The position numbers and the translations under genes are program-made. Under the pieces are notes generated by a model. That model did not search any database and was not told the origin of the DNA. It saw only the letters and a program-made list of their open reading frames with translations. Below are positions 18,555 to 28,366 of a DNA stretch of 64,000 nt, one piece after another; position 1 is the first letter of the stretch; every line of letters starts with the position of its first letter. Source of the DNA: Candidatus Levyibacteriota bacterium. GTDB lineage: Bacteria > Patescibacteriota > Microgenomatia > Levybacterales > UBA12049. The stretch spans positions 70,899 to 134,898 of the forward strand of contig PLZJ01000003.1 of assembly GCA_003152105.1 (NCBI GenBank), given 5' to 3'.

Positions 18555-19690
18555 TTTTTATTTTAGTTTTCGTTTTTGTAGCATGTAGTTTCTGTTTGTG
18601 GGTTTGTTGTTGTTATTTACTTTTTGTGTGTGTAAGTCGGGATGGTGAATAAGAGAAGCGCAGGGCGCAAAGGTGCGTTGAAAGCACAAACTCTTACTCA
18701 CCAACCCGGGAGACTTACTAAAAACAATGAAAAAGACCCGTTTGGATCAAAAAGGTCTCAATAGAGGTGTTGACGATGTAATTGAACGACTCCGATCTTC
18801 TTGTATGAAGGGCAATAATGTGTGGCTGTCTAGGACCCGGCAAAAGCTGAGTGCATATGACATGTAGATGCCCCTTTGGTTACGTCGCGGATGTGAACCA
18901 CGATTATTTTTTGTGTAGCGATCGGAACTACTCGATTTTCTCAGACTGAGTCAGTTTAGGCGGTGGCCGAGCTATGCCAAAATGCAAACCTTTTCTTCTC
19001 CGTATAAACAGTGAATTTTGACGTGCATGTGTCATGCTGAAGCGAACTTACGCAGCAGCTCGAAAGGGATCGGTGGTTGTGACGTCTGCCATACAGGTAG
19101 CGCAGATTGCGTTTCGAACGAGTGCTCGTACAACAGTACTAACGTGTCTGCCCTTGACCAGCCCGAAAGATTCCAGAACATGGAAATATTTCGCAGGATA
19201 TGTCAGAGCTTCAGCACGTCGACCATTGCAGAGAAGATGAAGGACATATGTTGCCACATGTTCTCCTCGCTGCACAAGTCTATTGATCTTGGCATGAACT
19301 GCTTCGATCTGCTCTCTTGAATACGTACTCCCATCTTTTAACGTCACGCGTTCTTTTGCCACAGTGAATCCCCACATGATATGAATTTGACGGTGATTTA
19401 GATACTACGCTTGCAACTTTTCAGTGACTGTGTCTGTGAATTATTCGTTTAAACGTTCAATTTGTATTCCCTCTTTTCTTGAAAAATTTGTCATAGAAGA
19501 TGACTTTTTGCATATAAAATACTTCTATACAAAAAGTCACCTACTATGGTTTTTTCGCTATTGTTTTTAGTAATGTCAAAGTGCAATTAATTCTTTGTAT
19601 ACAAGCAAAACGGCTTTTGTTTTGCAGTACGCAGACAGTATAGCAAAAGTATATTTCATACTCAACTGTACAAATGGCGTACAATTGACA
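18555..19690. other. About 1.1-kb GC- and G/T-rich region with no credible host-like ORF, dense in hairpins; candidate structured noncoding RNA or degraded foreign insert
   Basis: Composition differs sharply from the flanks. An 86-nt imperfect hairpin lies at 18633-18718, built from GTAAGTC...ACTCACC...GACTTAC, with nested GCGCAGGGCGC and GTGCGTTGAAAGCAC hairpins. Confidence 0.35.
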
Positions 19691-19692
19691 GA

Positions 19693-20229
19693 ATGCGAAA
19701 AGATCGACATACTAAGACTATGCAAAAAATTACACATCATTTCAGTTCAGAAAGTAATAAAGTAATATTTTTTGCTCTTATTGTATTTTTACTTCTTGCC
19801 CTATATATGCTTTTAGTACTACTTTTTGATAGAACAAGTCCAGTTGGAAAAATGGGTGAGAAATTTGGCATCTTACCAATTACCCCAACATTTACTCCTG
19901 CACCAAGCGTTATACCCTCCAATGACAATTTAACAATAACAAATGCGCAGGATGGACAAACATTTTATGTTGTTGTTGGGTCAAATGTAGGACTTATTTT
20001 AGACGCAGATAAAACGTCCTCTTATGTAAACCTTGATAATAGGTCAGATGTGCTTGTTGCGCATGAAAAGCCATTTTTAGATTCCGTACATCAAAAACTT
20101 GAAGTAGTATATCACGCACAAAAAGCAGGAAAAGCTCGACTTCAATACTATATTACAACACCTTGTGGAATACCAGGATGTAGTGTCAAAACCTCACTCT
20201 TTCATGTGTATGTAGATGTAGTAAACTGA
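19693..20229 (+). CDS. Hypothetical secreted or membrane-anchored protein (178 aa), possibly a beta-sandwich inhibitor-like fold
   Basis: N-terminal TM anchor and a Pro-rich spacer. Weak resemblance to chagasin/I42-like domains. Confidence 0.45.
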   Translation: MRKDRHTKTMQKITHHFSSESNKVIFFALIVFLLLALYMLLVLLFDRTSPVGKMGEKFGILPITPTFTPAPSVIPSNDNLTITNAQDGQTFYVVVGSNVGLILDADKTSSYVNLDNRSDVLVAHEKPFLDSVHQKLEVVYHAQKAGKARLQYYITTPCGIPGCSVKTSLFHVYVDVVN

Positions 20230-20317
20230 TATTCCTTCCTTTGATTTGTGTTCATTTTGTAATAGCAACATAGCGTCTCTTGACTACACGTTATAAAAAC
20301 TAGATAATCCACATGGT

Positions 20318-20656
20318 ATGGTTGTTTACGCAAAAGATACTACAAAAATTTCAACAATTGGCGGAGAAATTTTTGACTATCCAATGCCAAATGAAGAAAT
20401 TGGTATTTCATATCAAACACTACATGGTCGAGGACCAATTAAGAATAACTATCTAAATACCGTTTGTCATGAAATATATGTCATTATCTCCGGTACTGCA
20501 GTGTTTACCATAAAAGGCAAAGCATTTTCAGTTGAACCAAAAGACATGGTAATTATTGAACCAAACACCCCTCATTTTATACAAGCTAATCACTTGGTAT
20601 ATTTTACAATTACTCGTCCAAATTGGTATGAAAGCCAGTATAAGGAAGTTGCGTAA
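20318..20656 (+). CDS. Cupin-domain protein
   Basis: Small beta-barrel-like protein with PNTPHF. Confidence 0.55.
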   Translation: MVVYAKDTTKISTIGGEIFDYPMPNEEIGISYQTLHGRGPIKNNYLNTVCHEIYVIISGTAVFTIKGKAFSVEPKDMVIIEPNTPHFIQANHLVYFTITRPNWYESQYKEVA

Positions 20657-20667
20657 GTATACTTTCT

Positions 20668-21024
20668 CTATTTTTTCTCTTTAATTCTATTGATTCTATG
20701 CGTAATAATTTCTACGAGAAGCTCTTTTGCAATAGGTTTATCAAAAGGAACTTGTACTGCGCCTTTTGAATAGGAAATATTCGCCTTGTTTAGTTTGTCT
20801 TTAAAAAGTGCAATTTCTTCACCACCATAAGGATAAATACCAATGTGACTTTTGTGTGCATTAAATCCTAAAAATGAAGTTCCTTTCCACGATAAGGTTG
20901 GCATACCATAAGATATGACTTCTTTTGCATTTGGAACAAGTTGCTTTGCAATTGTTTTAATTCGAATAAGTTCTGCTCTCTTATCAGGCTCAATTGTTGT
21001 AAGATAATCGTCAATAACACTCAT
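20668..21024 (-). CDS. DUF1801 (YdhG-like) protein
   Basis: DDYL...P..R..L.....I....P...E.ISYGMP....KG.SF.GF...K.HIGIYPYG pattern. Confidence 0.65.
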   Translation of the reverse strand: MSVIDDYLTTIEPDKRAELIRIKTIAKQLVPNAKEVISYGMPTLSWKGTSFLGFNAHKSHIGIYPYGGEEIALFKDKLNKANISYSKGAVQVPFDKPIAKELLVEIITHRINRIKEKK

Positions 21025-21027
21025 ATA

Positions 21028-21357
21028 TTATTTTCCAATAATCCCTTCATAAAGCGTTACTGCACTTGTGCCAGAAATTCCCCATACAAATGGTAACCAA
21101 AGGGGAATGTGAATAAAAAATACTTGTGGATAATACCATGCACCACTATAGATAATGATATTTTCAAATGTTGCTCCCAAAAGCCCAATAACGAGAAACA
21201 AGATAAGTTCTTTCTTAATCGGAAGTAATCGATGTTTTACATATGCCAAAATCAGGATTAGTGCAACAAGTAGAAGAGGAATATGCCAAAACAGCATAAT
21301 ACATAATGCGCTTACAATAAGAACAATCATAGATATGAGTATCTTTTTCATGTGCAT
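21028..21357 (-). CDS. Small membrane protein (109 aa)
   Basis: Three TM helices. Confidence 0.45.
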   Translation of the reverse strand: MHMKKILISMIVLIVSALCIMLFWHIPLLLVALILILAYVKHRLLPIKKELILFLVIGLLGATFENIIIYSGAWYYPQVFFIHIPLWLPFVWGISGTSAVTLYEGIIGK

Positions 21358-21428
21358 ACCTAAAGTATAGCAAACGAATAATTACAAAGTGAAGAAGAAA
21401 TCCCAGTGTAACTGGGATTTCTAAAAAA

Positions 21429-21821
21429 CTATTGAAAAAATGTAGGATTTGGTAAGTTGTCTTTAAATGTAACTCCTTTGTTTATTCCATCTAAGACAAC
21501 AAAGTCAGATCCCAAACCAATACCCCAGCCATTCCCATTAACACGAACTAACCCATACTTTATCTTTCCTACCTGATAGACATGCATACCTGGTCGACCC
21601 TGTGGATCTCTATTTGGATTGTGACTGTCGATCAGTTCAACAATATCTCTATTGCTTTCCATGCACGCATCCATTTCTTCGTCTGTTGGAAATGTTGGCT
21701 CAATAAACAAAACATCTTCAAATGTATTATCATCATTGAAATACCGCATGAATTGAAGCAAACGTGTGGGGTTTTGACTTTCCCTATCTTGATACATTGA
21801 TCCTTCTATTTCTTTTGACAT
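21429..21821 (-). CDS. Hypothetical protein (130 aa)
   Basis: ORF track only. Confidence 0.45.
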   Translation of the reverse strand: MSKEIEGSMYQDRESQNPTRLLQFMRYFNDDNTFEDVLFIEPTFPTDEEMDACMESNRDIVELIDSHNPNRDPQGRPGMHVYQVGKIKYGLVRVNGNGWGIGLGSDFVVLDGINKGVTFKDNLPNPTFFQ

Positions 21822-21840
21822 ATTTTTTCACCTCCTTTCT

Positions 21841-21870
21841 AAACCACAAAAAAACCTCCCATTAGGGAGG
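21841..21870 (-). terminator. Rho-independent terminator for the 2-hydroxyacid dehydrogenase gene
   Basis: Minus strand reads CCTCCC-TAAT-GGGAGG followed by TTTTTTTGTGGTTT. Confidence 0.7.
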
Positions 21871-21994
21871 CCCGTTGCAATGACAAAACAAAAACCCCCC
21901 CTGTTAAGAGATTATTGTTTGCCAACTACAAATTAGATGTGATTTACTCATTGTGGGTATAGTATATAAAAAAGTGGTGATTTCTGTCAAATTA

Positions 21995-22954
21995 TCACTT
22001 TTTAAACTGCTTGTACTTGGGGTTCATTAAGAATTTGTCATCACCAGTTTGTAGTAAATTGATCAGTGTGTCAACACAACTACTGCTTACGTCTTCTATA
22101 GTTTGGCCAGTATTAAACGCACTCGATTCATTTGGTGAATACCAAATACCAAGAGGTAGTTGTCTAAAACTGCCTTCTTTTATATTCTCATCAAACGCAG
22201 CTCTTATTTCATGCTTTTGTAGTCTTTCATACAAACTATCTAAGTCAAAAAGCAATGGATCTGACGTTGAAATTAGTAATGCACCTTGTTTCATGCTATA
22301 TATATTCTCACTACTTACATACTTATTTCCCGGCTCTGTTGAAATCGCAACATAGAGAAGATCACTTGTTTTAAATAACGCTTCTTTTGTAACATATGTT
22401 GCGTCATATTCCTTCTCAACATCAGGTTTTCTTGTTCTATTGAAGTAATACACTTTTTTTGCTCCCATACCTTTTACCATTGCAAGATAAATTTTTGCAA
22501 TATGTCCCATACCCAGTATGCCAATTGATTGCTCACTCAAACTCTTGGTAGTTTCAAATGTTTTAAAACCACCTCTTGCCAAATCAATCATATCCCGGCT
22601 CATCAGAAGTGACATAGCAAGACCAAACTCAGCAACTGCACGTGCATTCAAATGCGGCGCAGCACCAATTGCTATCCCTTTTTTCGTTGCATAGTCATGT
22701 GCTGGAATAAATCCAGTCCATCCAGTTCCGGTAAACACAATTGCTTTTAATATATCTGCTGAGTCTATGATCTTTTGGGTAACTTTTTCAGTTCCTCCTA
22801 AAATGTAACCAACTTTTCCTTTGATTGCTTCAGAAAGCGCTTCTTCAGTTGCTTGTGGGATATCAAGACGTTCAACAACATAGCCTGCTTTTTCAAGTTT
22901 TTTAACGTGTTCTTGCTTTATAAAAAGGGAGTCAGTAACGAGTATTTTGTTCAC
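21995..22954 (-). CDS. D-isomer-specific 2-hydroxyacid dehydrogenase family, NAD-binding
   Basis: Rossmann GILGMGHIAKI and the catalytic-domain pattern of D-2-hydroxyacid dehydrogenases. Confidence 0.85.
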   Translation of the reverse strand: MNKILVTDSLFIKQEHVKKLEKAGYVVERLDIPQATEEALSEAIKGKVGYILGGTEKVTQKIIDSADILKAIVFTGTGWTGFIPAHDYATKKGIAIGAAPHLNARAVAEFGLAMSLLMSRDMIDLARGGFKTFETTKSLSEQSIGILGMGHIAKIYLAMVKGMGAKKVYYFNRTRKPDVEKEYDATYVTKEALFKTSDLLYVAISTEPGNKYVSSENIYSMKQGALLISTSDPLLFDLDSLYERLQKHEIRAAFDENIKEGSFRQLPLGIWYSPNESSAFNTGQTIEDVSSSCVDTLINLLQTGDDKFLMNPKYKQFKK

Positions 22955-23048
22955 AATAGCTGGATTATATCACAATAAAAGTAGGTAGTTAAAACTACTA
23001 TTGACTATAAACTATGCAAGAGTATAATCAAAAAACTACCCAGTAATA

Positions 23049-24794
23049 ATGGAAAAAGATCAAAAACAGTATCAACCCCCAAAAGAATTTACTCCAGCGC
23101 TTAAAGAAGCATTAACTGGTTCGGACATTCAAAACTTCCTCGATAGGATTGCAATTGCCGGAGGAGCATATATTGATCCAGAAGGATTACCAGATCGAAG
23201 AATAAGCACTAACTGTGAAGCATTATCTGAGGTAGATAGGTTTGTGAAAAATGATGTAATAAAACCTGAGATGACTCATGCTGGCATGGAAACATTTGAT
23301 CATCCCATGGGAGTGTTAGGTATTTATCCAGGGTCTGACCCAACACTTGATCCAGTACTTTTGCTATCACACTATGATTCAGTACCAAATGGAGGAAGAT
23401 ATGATGGCAAAGTTGGGGTTGCTCTTTCTGTAAAAGTAGTTGAAGCTATGAAAAAGCAAGGCATTAAACCAACACGAAGCATTGCAGTGCTTGCTTTAAC
23501 AGGTGAAGAATCAGCAGGATTTAATCAAGCACTTTTTGGAAGTAGAGCAATGTTTCAAGGGTTAACTGAAAGTGAACTTGCATCTCACCGTATAGGTGGC
23601 GCAACAATTGGTTCTAAGTTAGACGCAGATGAACTAGAGAAAGTTAGAAAGCCATGGCTTGGACCACAAGGCATGTTTTTACAACATATCAAAGCTGCAA
23701 TTGAGCCGCATGCTGACTTAGATGGAAGTATTATCCAAGATGGAAAGGAACTGGGTGTTTACACAGGAATAGCAGCACCTGATCGAAGAATTATTTCTAT
23801 TGGTAATACACCTCTTGTTGCAGAACAAGAAAATGGAAATGAACAATTTGCCAAACTAGTAGTTCACGGTAAAACTGGTCATTCTGGTAATACGCCAATG
23901 GGAAAAGATCATAGAGTTGATGGGCTTGTCATTACTTCGGATCTCATTCTTGGATTACCAAAGTTAACACAAATGTTTGAAGATGCAGGAATACATGCAG
24001 GTATTTCCATTGGTGATATACATGTTGAAGGTCAAGCAATGAATAAAATTCCCGGTACTACTGAAATGCAAGTTCGCCTTACGCAAGAAGATCAGTGGCA
24101 AGGAGAAAAAGCCTTAGAAGTCCTTGCAAAATGGATTGAGCTAAAAAATACATCGCTCAAAGCAATATACCCTCATGAAGATACACTTGTTACACTTGAA
24201 CAGTTAGATCAAGCGAGCGCAAAAGACTTCTATGATCCAGATGCCATGCAAAAAAGACTTAGAGCTTGTGCGGCAGTTATTAAAACAACAAACGAAGTAG
24301 GAGAAGCTTTCAGTAATCAAGATAATAGAGCAACGATTTCAACTATTCACATGCAAAATGGCATTATAGAACTTGGCGCAGACAGAAGAGGAATAAGCGC
24401 TCAAGCAAGGAAAGAAATGATAGATCAGATTTCTCAAAGAATTGATGCCATAACAGACGCAAGCGTTTCAATGAGCCCTCCTTTACCAGGAAGCAATAAT
24501 CCTGTTACTCTCGATCCTTCCCTTACATCTGTATTAGAACAAACAGCTAGTACCTATGGGATCAGCTTGAAAAAAATGTTTAGTCCTGGAGGACATGATA
24601 TTATGAATGTTAGCGATGTGGGTATTCCAAGCGCAATGCTTGTTGTACCTAGTAGATCACGAAAAGATCTAGGACTTGCTTTTGATCCCAACTCAGGAAT
24701 GGGACATAATCCTGATGAATATTCAACGCCTGAAGATTTAGAAAAAGGAGCACAAGTGTTATATGCTTCTGTATTAGAACTCGTTAATCAGTAA
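23049..24794 (+). CDS. M20-family metallo-amidohydrolase (allantoate amidohydrolase / N-carbamoylase-like) with an N-terminal extension
   Basis: Zn-binding His/Asp/Glu pattern of M20 enzymes. Substrate unknown. 581 aa is long for the family. Confidence 0.6.
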   Translation: MEKDQKQYQPPKEFTPALKEALTGSDIQNFLDRIAIAGGAYIDPEGLPDRRISTNCEALSEVDRFVKNDVIKPEMTHAGMETFDHPMGVLGIYPGSDPTLDPVLLLSHYDSVPNGGRYDGKVGVALSVKVVEAMKKQGIKPTRSIAVLALTGEESAGFNQALFGSRAMFQGLTESELASHRIGGATIGSKLDADELEKVRKPWLGPQGMFLQHIKAAIEPHADLDGSIIQDGKELGVYTGIAAPDRRIISIGNTPLVAEQENGNEQFAKLVVHGKTGHSGNTPMGKDHRVDGLVITSDLILGLPKLTQMFEDAGIHAGISIGDIHVEGQAMNKIPGTTEMQVRLTQEDQWQGEKALEVLAKWIELKNTSLKAIYPHEDTLVTLEQLDQASAKDFYDPDAMQKRLRACAAVIKTTNEVGEAFSNQDNRATISTIHMQNGIIELGADRRGISAQARKEMIDQISQRIDAITDASVSMSPPLPGSNNPVTLDPSLTSVLEQTASTYGISLKKMFSPGGHDIMNVSDVGIPSAMLVVPSRSRKDLGLAFDPNSGMGHNPDEYSTPEDLEKGAQVLYASVLELVNQ

Positions 24795-25687
24795 ATTCAA
24801 GGGTGGATTTAAAAATGATAATGAGTTTGGTGAGAAAGTAAACGCGGATGCGTATAAGGGTGCAAGATGCACTAAGTAAAAATGAGAAAATTCCCACCAA
24901 ACTCTTCTTTCTACACATCTATGCTCCTCTTCTTTTTTTTGCCTTTGCAAAACCTTTTTTTATTCCAAATTGGAATGATGTTTGACAGTTGTCGTTTTTT
25001 GGTTATTGGTTTGGCTTAGGTGTTTGTGGTTGTGTTTGTTTGGTTTACTATGTAAACAGTGTTGATTTGGTCTTTTAATTGACAATTGTTGTATGTATGC
25101 AATACCTGTCTGTTTTTGTTTTGCTCTTCTTTTTTGATATGGCAGAATGCAGTTTTTTTGTTGATTTCAAAAAAAAAGGAAAGGAGAGGGGCGGTTCTCC
25201 TTTTTGCATGTCTGAACCTATCGAAGGGAGAAGAAGAAAGAAGAATCGATCCAGACCTGCATGCTTGCACAGCATTTTGCGTTTTGCGTGCAACGGACTG
25301 CGTGTGACACATTGGTATCTCAAGTTCGAGTTTCGAACGAGTGCATCAATGCATCTGGAATTGGAACATCCTTGGGAAGGATAGAGCTTGTCTTTGTAAC
25401 TTTCCGCCCCGTTTCGAAACTGTGATTGTCTTTTAATCCGTTAGAACTAAAAAACCAAGGATAGTAGATTTCCTCATCACATGCGTCGAATAAAGCAAAA
25501 GACTAGCAAAAGTAAAAACGAGCTTTACTTCTCCTGGCCTTTTGCTTAAGAGCAAAAAGTATCAAAATAAATGTAGAATAATTGTAGAAAGATTTTTAAT
25601 GTACAAATGCTTTTGCCTTTTGTACACAGCTGTTATGCACTATGACAAAAGCATCATAGTATAGCAAAACTGAGAGTAAAACGCAAT
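24795..25687. other. About 0.9-kb GC- and G/T-rich noncoding stretch at the left edge of the higher-GC block; the track ORFs here overlap in several frames and are judged spurious
   Basis: Hairpin at about 24838-24910 (TTTGGTGAGAA...TTCCCACCAAA) followed by a T-rich tract, a likely terminator for the M20 gene. G/T-rich run 25015-25075. 10-nt palindrome GTTTCGAAAC at 25413-25422. Confidence 0.3.
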
Positions 25688-26419
25688 CTACTGTGGGGAA
25701 ATGTATAACGCAGTTGAAGAGTCGTTGTTTGCAGTTATAATAACAACACATTCGTTTCTGGTTAAAAACGCTGCTTTATTTTTTGGATAGATCGTACCAT
25801 TTGTCATAAATCCTTTTTCAGAAACACTACTTGTTCTGATAAAAATTTCGTTTTGTTCTATATCTGAAATATACCCACCAGTTCCACTAATGCCCCCTTG
25901 CGGAATAGGATGAAGAAGCGTTGGTGGGAGAAAAAGAGCCCATCCAGGAGAAAGAGCATCTGAGCTAAGAAGAGAAGGATAAAGCATGCTGTTAACTTCG
26001 ATTATGTCAGAGGTTTTGTCACTACTACCAAGCTCTGATTTGGCAATTGACTGGAGTGTATCTGTTTTTTTCACTACATAGGTTGTTAAATAATCGTCTT
26101 TTGGCAAAATACCTACATTTTTACAAAGTAATGGTCCTGTTGCGCTCATTTTCTGAAGTGCGACTGCTTGTTTTTGATACACACCAATTTGCACTGCTCT
26201 CCCAATCATGTAGCCAATAAATCCAAACATATAGCCAGAAAGAAGTGCAACAAGAAGCACAAGAAGCATTCGTTCCAGATCAAATCGCTTTGAAATGAAC
26301 ACGTTTTTTTCACTTATCATTTTCTTATCCACATAGTTAGTATTGTATAGAAGAAGAAGTCTTGTCAAGAAATGTGGGAAAGATAGGGGATAAGCACATG
26401 TGATGTGAACGGTGTGCAA
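25688..26419 (-). CDS. LysM-domain membrane protein
   Basis: TM helix followed by the LysM motif YVVKKTDTLQSIAKSELGSS...IIEVN...L.PGWALFLP. The true start may be the internal Met at about 26320. Confidence 0.5.
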   Translation of the reverse strand: MHTVHITCAYPLSFPHFLTRLLLLYNTNYVDKKMISEKNVFISKRFDLERMLLVLLVALLSGYMFGFIGYMIGRAVQIGVYQKQAVALQKMSATGPLLCKNVGILPKDDYLTTYVVKKTDTLQSIAKSELGSSDKTSDIIEVNSMLYPSLLSSDALSPGWALFLPPTLLHPIPQGGISGTGGYISDIEQNEIFIRTSSVSEKGFMTNGTIYPKNKAAFLTRNECVVIITANNDSSTALYISPQ

Positions 26420-26455
26420 GAAGCACTCCTCTTATCCCCAAAGGGTCTTTCCAAG

Positions 26456-26794
26456 TTATTGAAACGGTATGAGTATGGTTGAACTGATGACACCTAAAAA
26501 GGCGAAAAACACTACAAAGATAGCAAGGAATGATAGAGCCAAAAGGCCATCAAAAACAGTCTCTCGCACGTATTTTTTTGAAGGACTCCGAAGCGCAGTC
26601 ACAAGCGTTAGCAAAAGGAGCAAGAGCCCTAAAGCGAGCAAAAGTAAGTTTGCGTTTTGTCCTGAAACAGCAGTCCGAACAACGGGTAGTGAAAACACGC
26701 TGATTGCGTAAAACATCACCGATAGGCAAAAACCGCAGACAAAATAGCTTCCAACGATCGAAAGATTCGACAAAGCCAAAAAATGTCGGGTCAT
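26456..26794 (-). CDS. Small membrane protein (112 aa)
   Basis: Three or four TM helices. Part of the higher-GC block. Confidence 0.4.
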   Translation of the reverse strand: MTRHFLALSNLSIVGSYFVCGFCLSVMFYAISVFSLPVVRTAVSGQNANLLLLALGLLLLLLTLVTALRSPSKKYVRETVFDGLLALSFLAIFVVFFAFLGVISSTILIPFQ

Positions 26795-26811
26795 AACTGT
26801 CTCCTTATTTG

Positions 26812-27159
26812 TTAGAAAAAGTGCGCTTTGGATATTTTGTAGGCAAGTAAAATGAAAAGTCCTGCATATGCGTAGTCGTAGATGTTAAGAACTATGAACC
26901 ATTTACGTTTTTGAGAAACCTCCATTGATGCTACTTTTCTAAACTCCGAACTAGTAAGTCTCCATGTACATAGAATAAAAACCAGTCCAAAGAGTGTAAA
27001 AAGTACAAAACTCCAAAGTAGTCCGTGTTGCATTTGAATCGTAACACTTGCGATGCGAAAGACAAATGCTAGGGCAAACGCGAAAACAAGTCCTTTACCT
27101 ACGTTTTTAATGAGTTCGTAGAAAAAGAAACAGATGCGAAGCGATAAGTCTTCATTCAT
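26812..27159 (-). CDS. Small membrane protein (115 aa)
   Basis: Three TM helices. Part of the higher-GC block. Confidence 0.4.
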   Translation of the reverse strand: MNEDLSLRICFFFYELIKNVGKGLVFAFALAFVFRIASVTIQMQHGLLWSFVLFTLFGLVFILCTWRLTSSEFRKVASMEVSQKRKWFIVLNIYDYAYAGLFILLAYKISKAHFF

Positions 27160-27182
27160 TGCGATTTCCTTTTATCGTCATA

Positions 27183-27521
27183 TTACAGAAGGAATGGAAG
27201 AAACAAAACAACTATAAACCCAAGAAGAACGAAAAACAAATACCATGCCAGTATGAATTGGAAAAAGCAAAGTATTTGCCGTGTTGAGAAAAAAGACTGA
27301 GAATCATCAGAATAATCCCAAAGAGCCACCATCCAAACTACAAAAGAAACTGCCAAAAGCACAAGAAAGAAATATTTCTCCTGCATTGATGAGACAGTGA
27401 TGCCGCTTAACTTAACAATGAGTATGGAAGGAACTGTTGCGAGTACGCCCCCAAGGTATATCCAAAGTCCCAAGACGTCTAAGATATTGTTTATGTGTTG
27501 AACGTTTTTAGACATTTTCAT
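27183..27521 (-). CDS. Small membrane protein (112 aa)
   Basis: Start corrected to the ATG at 27521 (MKMSKNV...), preceded by GGAGAAGAA. The longer track ORF reads through an inverted repeat. Confidence 0.5.
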   Translation of the reverse strand: MKMSKNVQHINNILDVLGLWIYLGGVLATVPSILIVKLSGITVSSMQEKYFFLVLLAVSFVVWMVALWDYSDDSQSFFSTRQILCFFQFILAWYLFFVLLGFIVVLFLPFLL

Positions 27522-27570
27522 TTCTTCTCCTTTTTTTGTGTAAGTGTCTTTTAAAACGCGTGAATAACAG

Positions 27571-27626
27571 CTTAAGATGAGAAAGCAAAAGACAAAAAAA
27601 TCTATCTTCTCCTGCCTCATCTTAAG
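27571..27626. promoter_or_regulatory. 11-bp perfect inverted repeat CTTAAGATGAG / CTCATCTTAAG with a 34-nt spacer, upstream of the 27521 gene; operator or 5'-UTR hairpin
   Basis: Seen directly in sequence. Confidence 0.35.
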
Positions 27627-27757
27627 ATACCGTTTATATAACTTGTGAAAGAGCAAATACATTCTCATTTCTTCGTTTTACAGCAATTGTGAAACGCGAA
27701 ACGTGAACAGAGGGGAGTATAGCATAGATATGAAAAGCTCTCAACTATAGGATGAGC

Positions 27758-28366
27758 TTATTCTTGATTCGTACGCTTTTTTTGCGTTAATGAATAGCGA
27801 AGCAGTGTGCCGCCAAAATATTCAAACAATTTAATAAAGCCAATATGTTCAAAAAATGATAATCCCTCATCATTATCAGAGGAAACATCAACATAGACAA
27901 ATTTTGCTTGTGCTTTTTTAAACTTTACAATTACTGAATGCACAAGCGCTTTTCCAACCCCTGTTCGAACGTGTGTTGGATCAACAAAAAGTACCACAAT
28001 TGCCGCCGTATTATTGCCAAGTAAGGCTTGGATTTTTCGCTCAAATAAGAGTCGCTTCACTACTTTTTTAGGAGTTATACCCCCAGTTAAAAAACGGAAA
28101 AAAAGTGTAGGGAGTGAACGAAAGGTAAAAAGTGTATGCATTGCTTTTTGCGTATTTCGAATATGTGTTGTTGCGATAATAACGCCAATTAAATGTCCTT
28201 TTTCAAATGCGCCAAAACTAATGTGTTGTTTTGGATGAGAAAGAAGTAATTGATAGAGACGTGTAACGTATTTTTTCCCAAGATATGACGATGTATCAGA
28301 AACTGCGCTTTTATGAAGACTGGCTATTTCTTCACTTTGTACGTAACTAAGAGGTGAAATATGCAT
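27758..28366 (-). CDS. GNAT-family N-acetyltransferase
   Basis: Motif A VDPTHVRTGVGKALV. Confidence 0.7.
   Translation of the reverse strand: MHISPLSYVQSEEIASLHKSAVSDTSSYLGKKYVTRLYQLLLSHPKQHISFGAFEKGHLIGVIIATTHIRNTQKAMHTLFTFRSLPTLFFRFLTGGITPKKVVKRLLFERKIQALLGNNTAAIVVLFVDPTHVRTGVGKALVHSVIVKFKKAQAKFVYVDVSSDNDEGLSFFEHIGFIKLFEYFGGTLLRYSLTQKKRTNQE

Noticed and set aside
19117-19131. 15-mer GTTTCGAACGAGTGC shared between 19117-19131 and 25316-25330
   Set aside because: With about 2e9 position pairs and 4^15 of about 1e9, one or two exact 15-mer coincidences are expected by chance in 64 kb. Not used as evidence of a repeat family.
18555-19690. rRNA, tRNA, tmRNA or RNase P identity for the GC-rich noncoding region
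   Set aside because: No match to conserved 16S/23S anchor sequences. The T-loop-like GTTTCGAAC is not embedded in a cloverleaf. The AAGTCGGG...AACCCGGG resemblance to RNase P P4 spans only about 90 nt, far too short for RNase P RNA. No GGGG...CCA tmRNA ends were found.
25016-25384. Four mutually overlapping track ORFs (two per strand) in the 25.0-25.4 kb region
   Set aside because: They overlap each other in different frames inside a G/T-rich noncoding stretch, have low-complexity translations and no RBS. Treated as noncoding.
27522-27668. N-terminal 49-aa extension of ORF 27183-27668
   Set aside because: The extension reads through the 11-bp inverted repeat and has no RBS. The internal ATG at 27521 has GGAGAAGAA 5 nt upstream and begins the hydrophobic protein proper.
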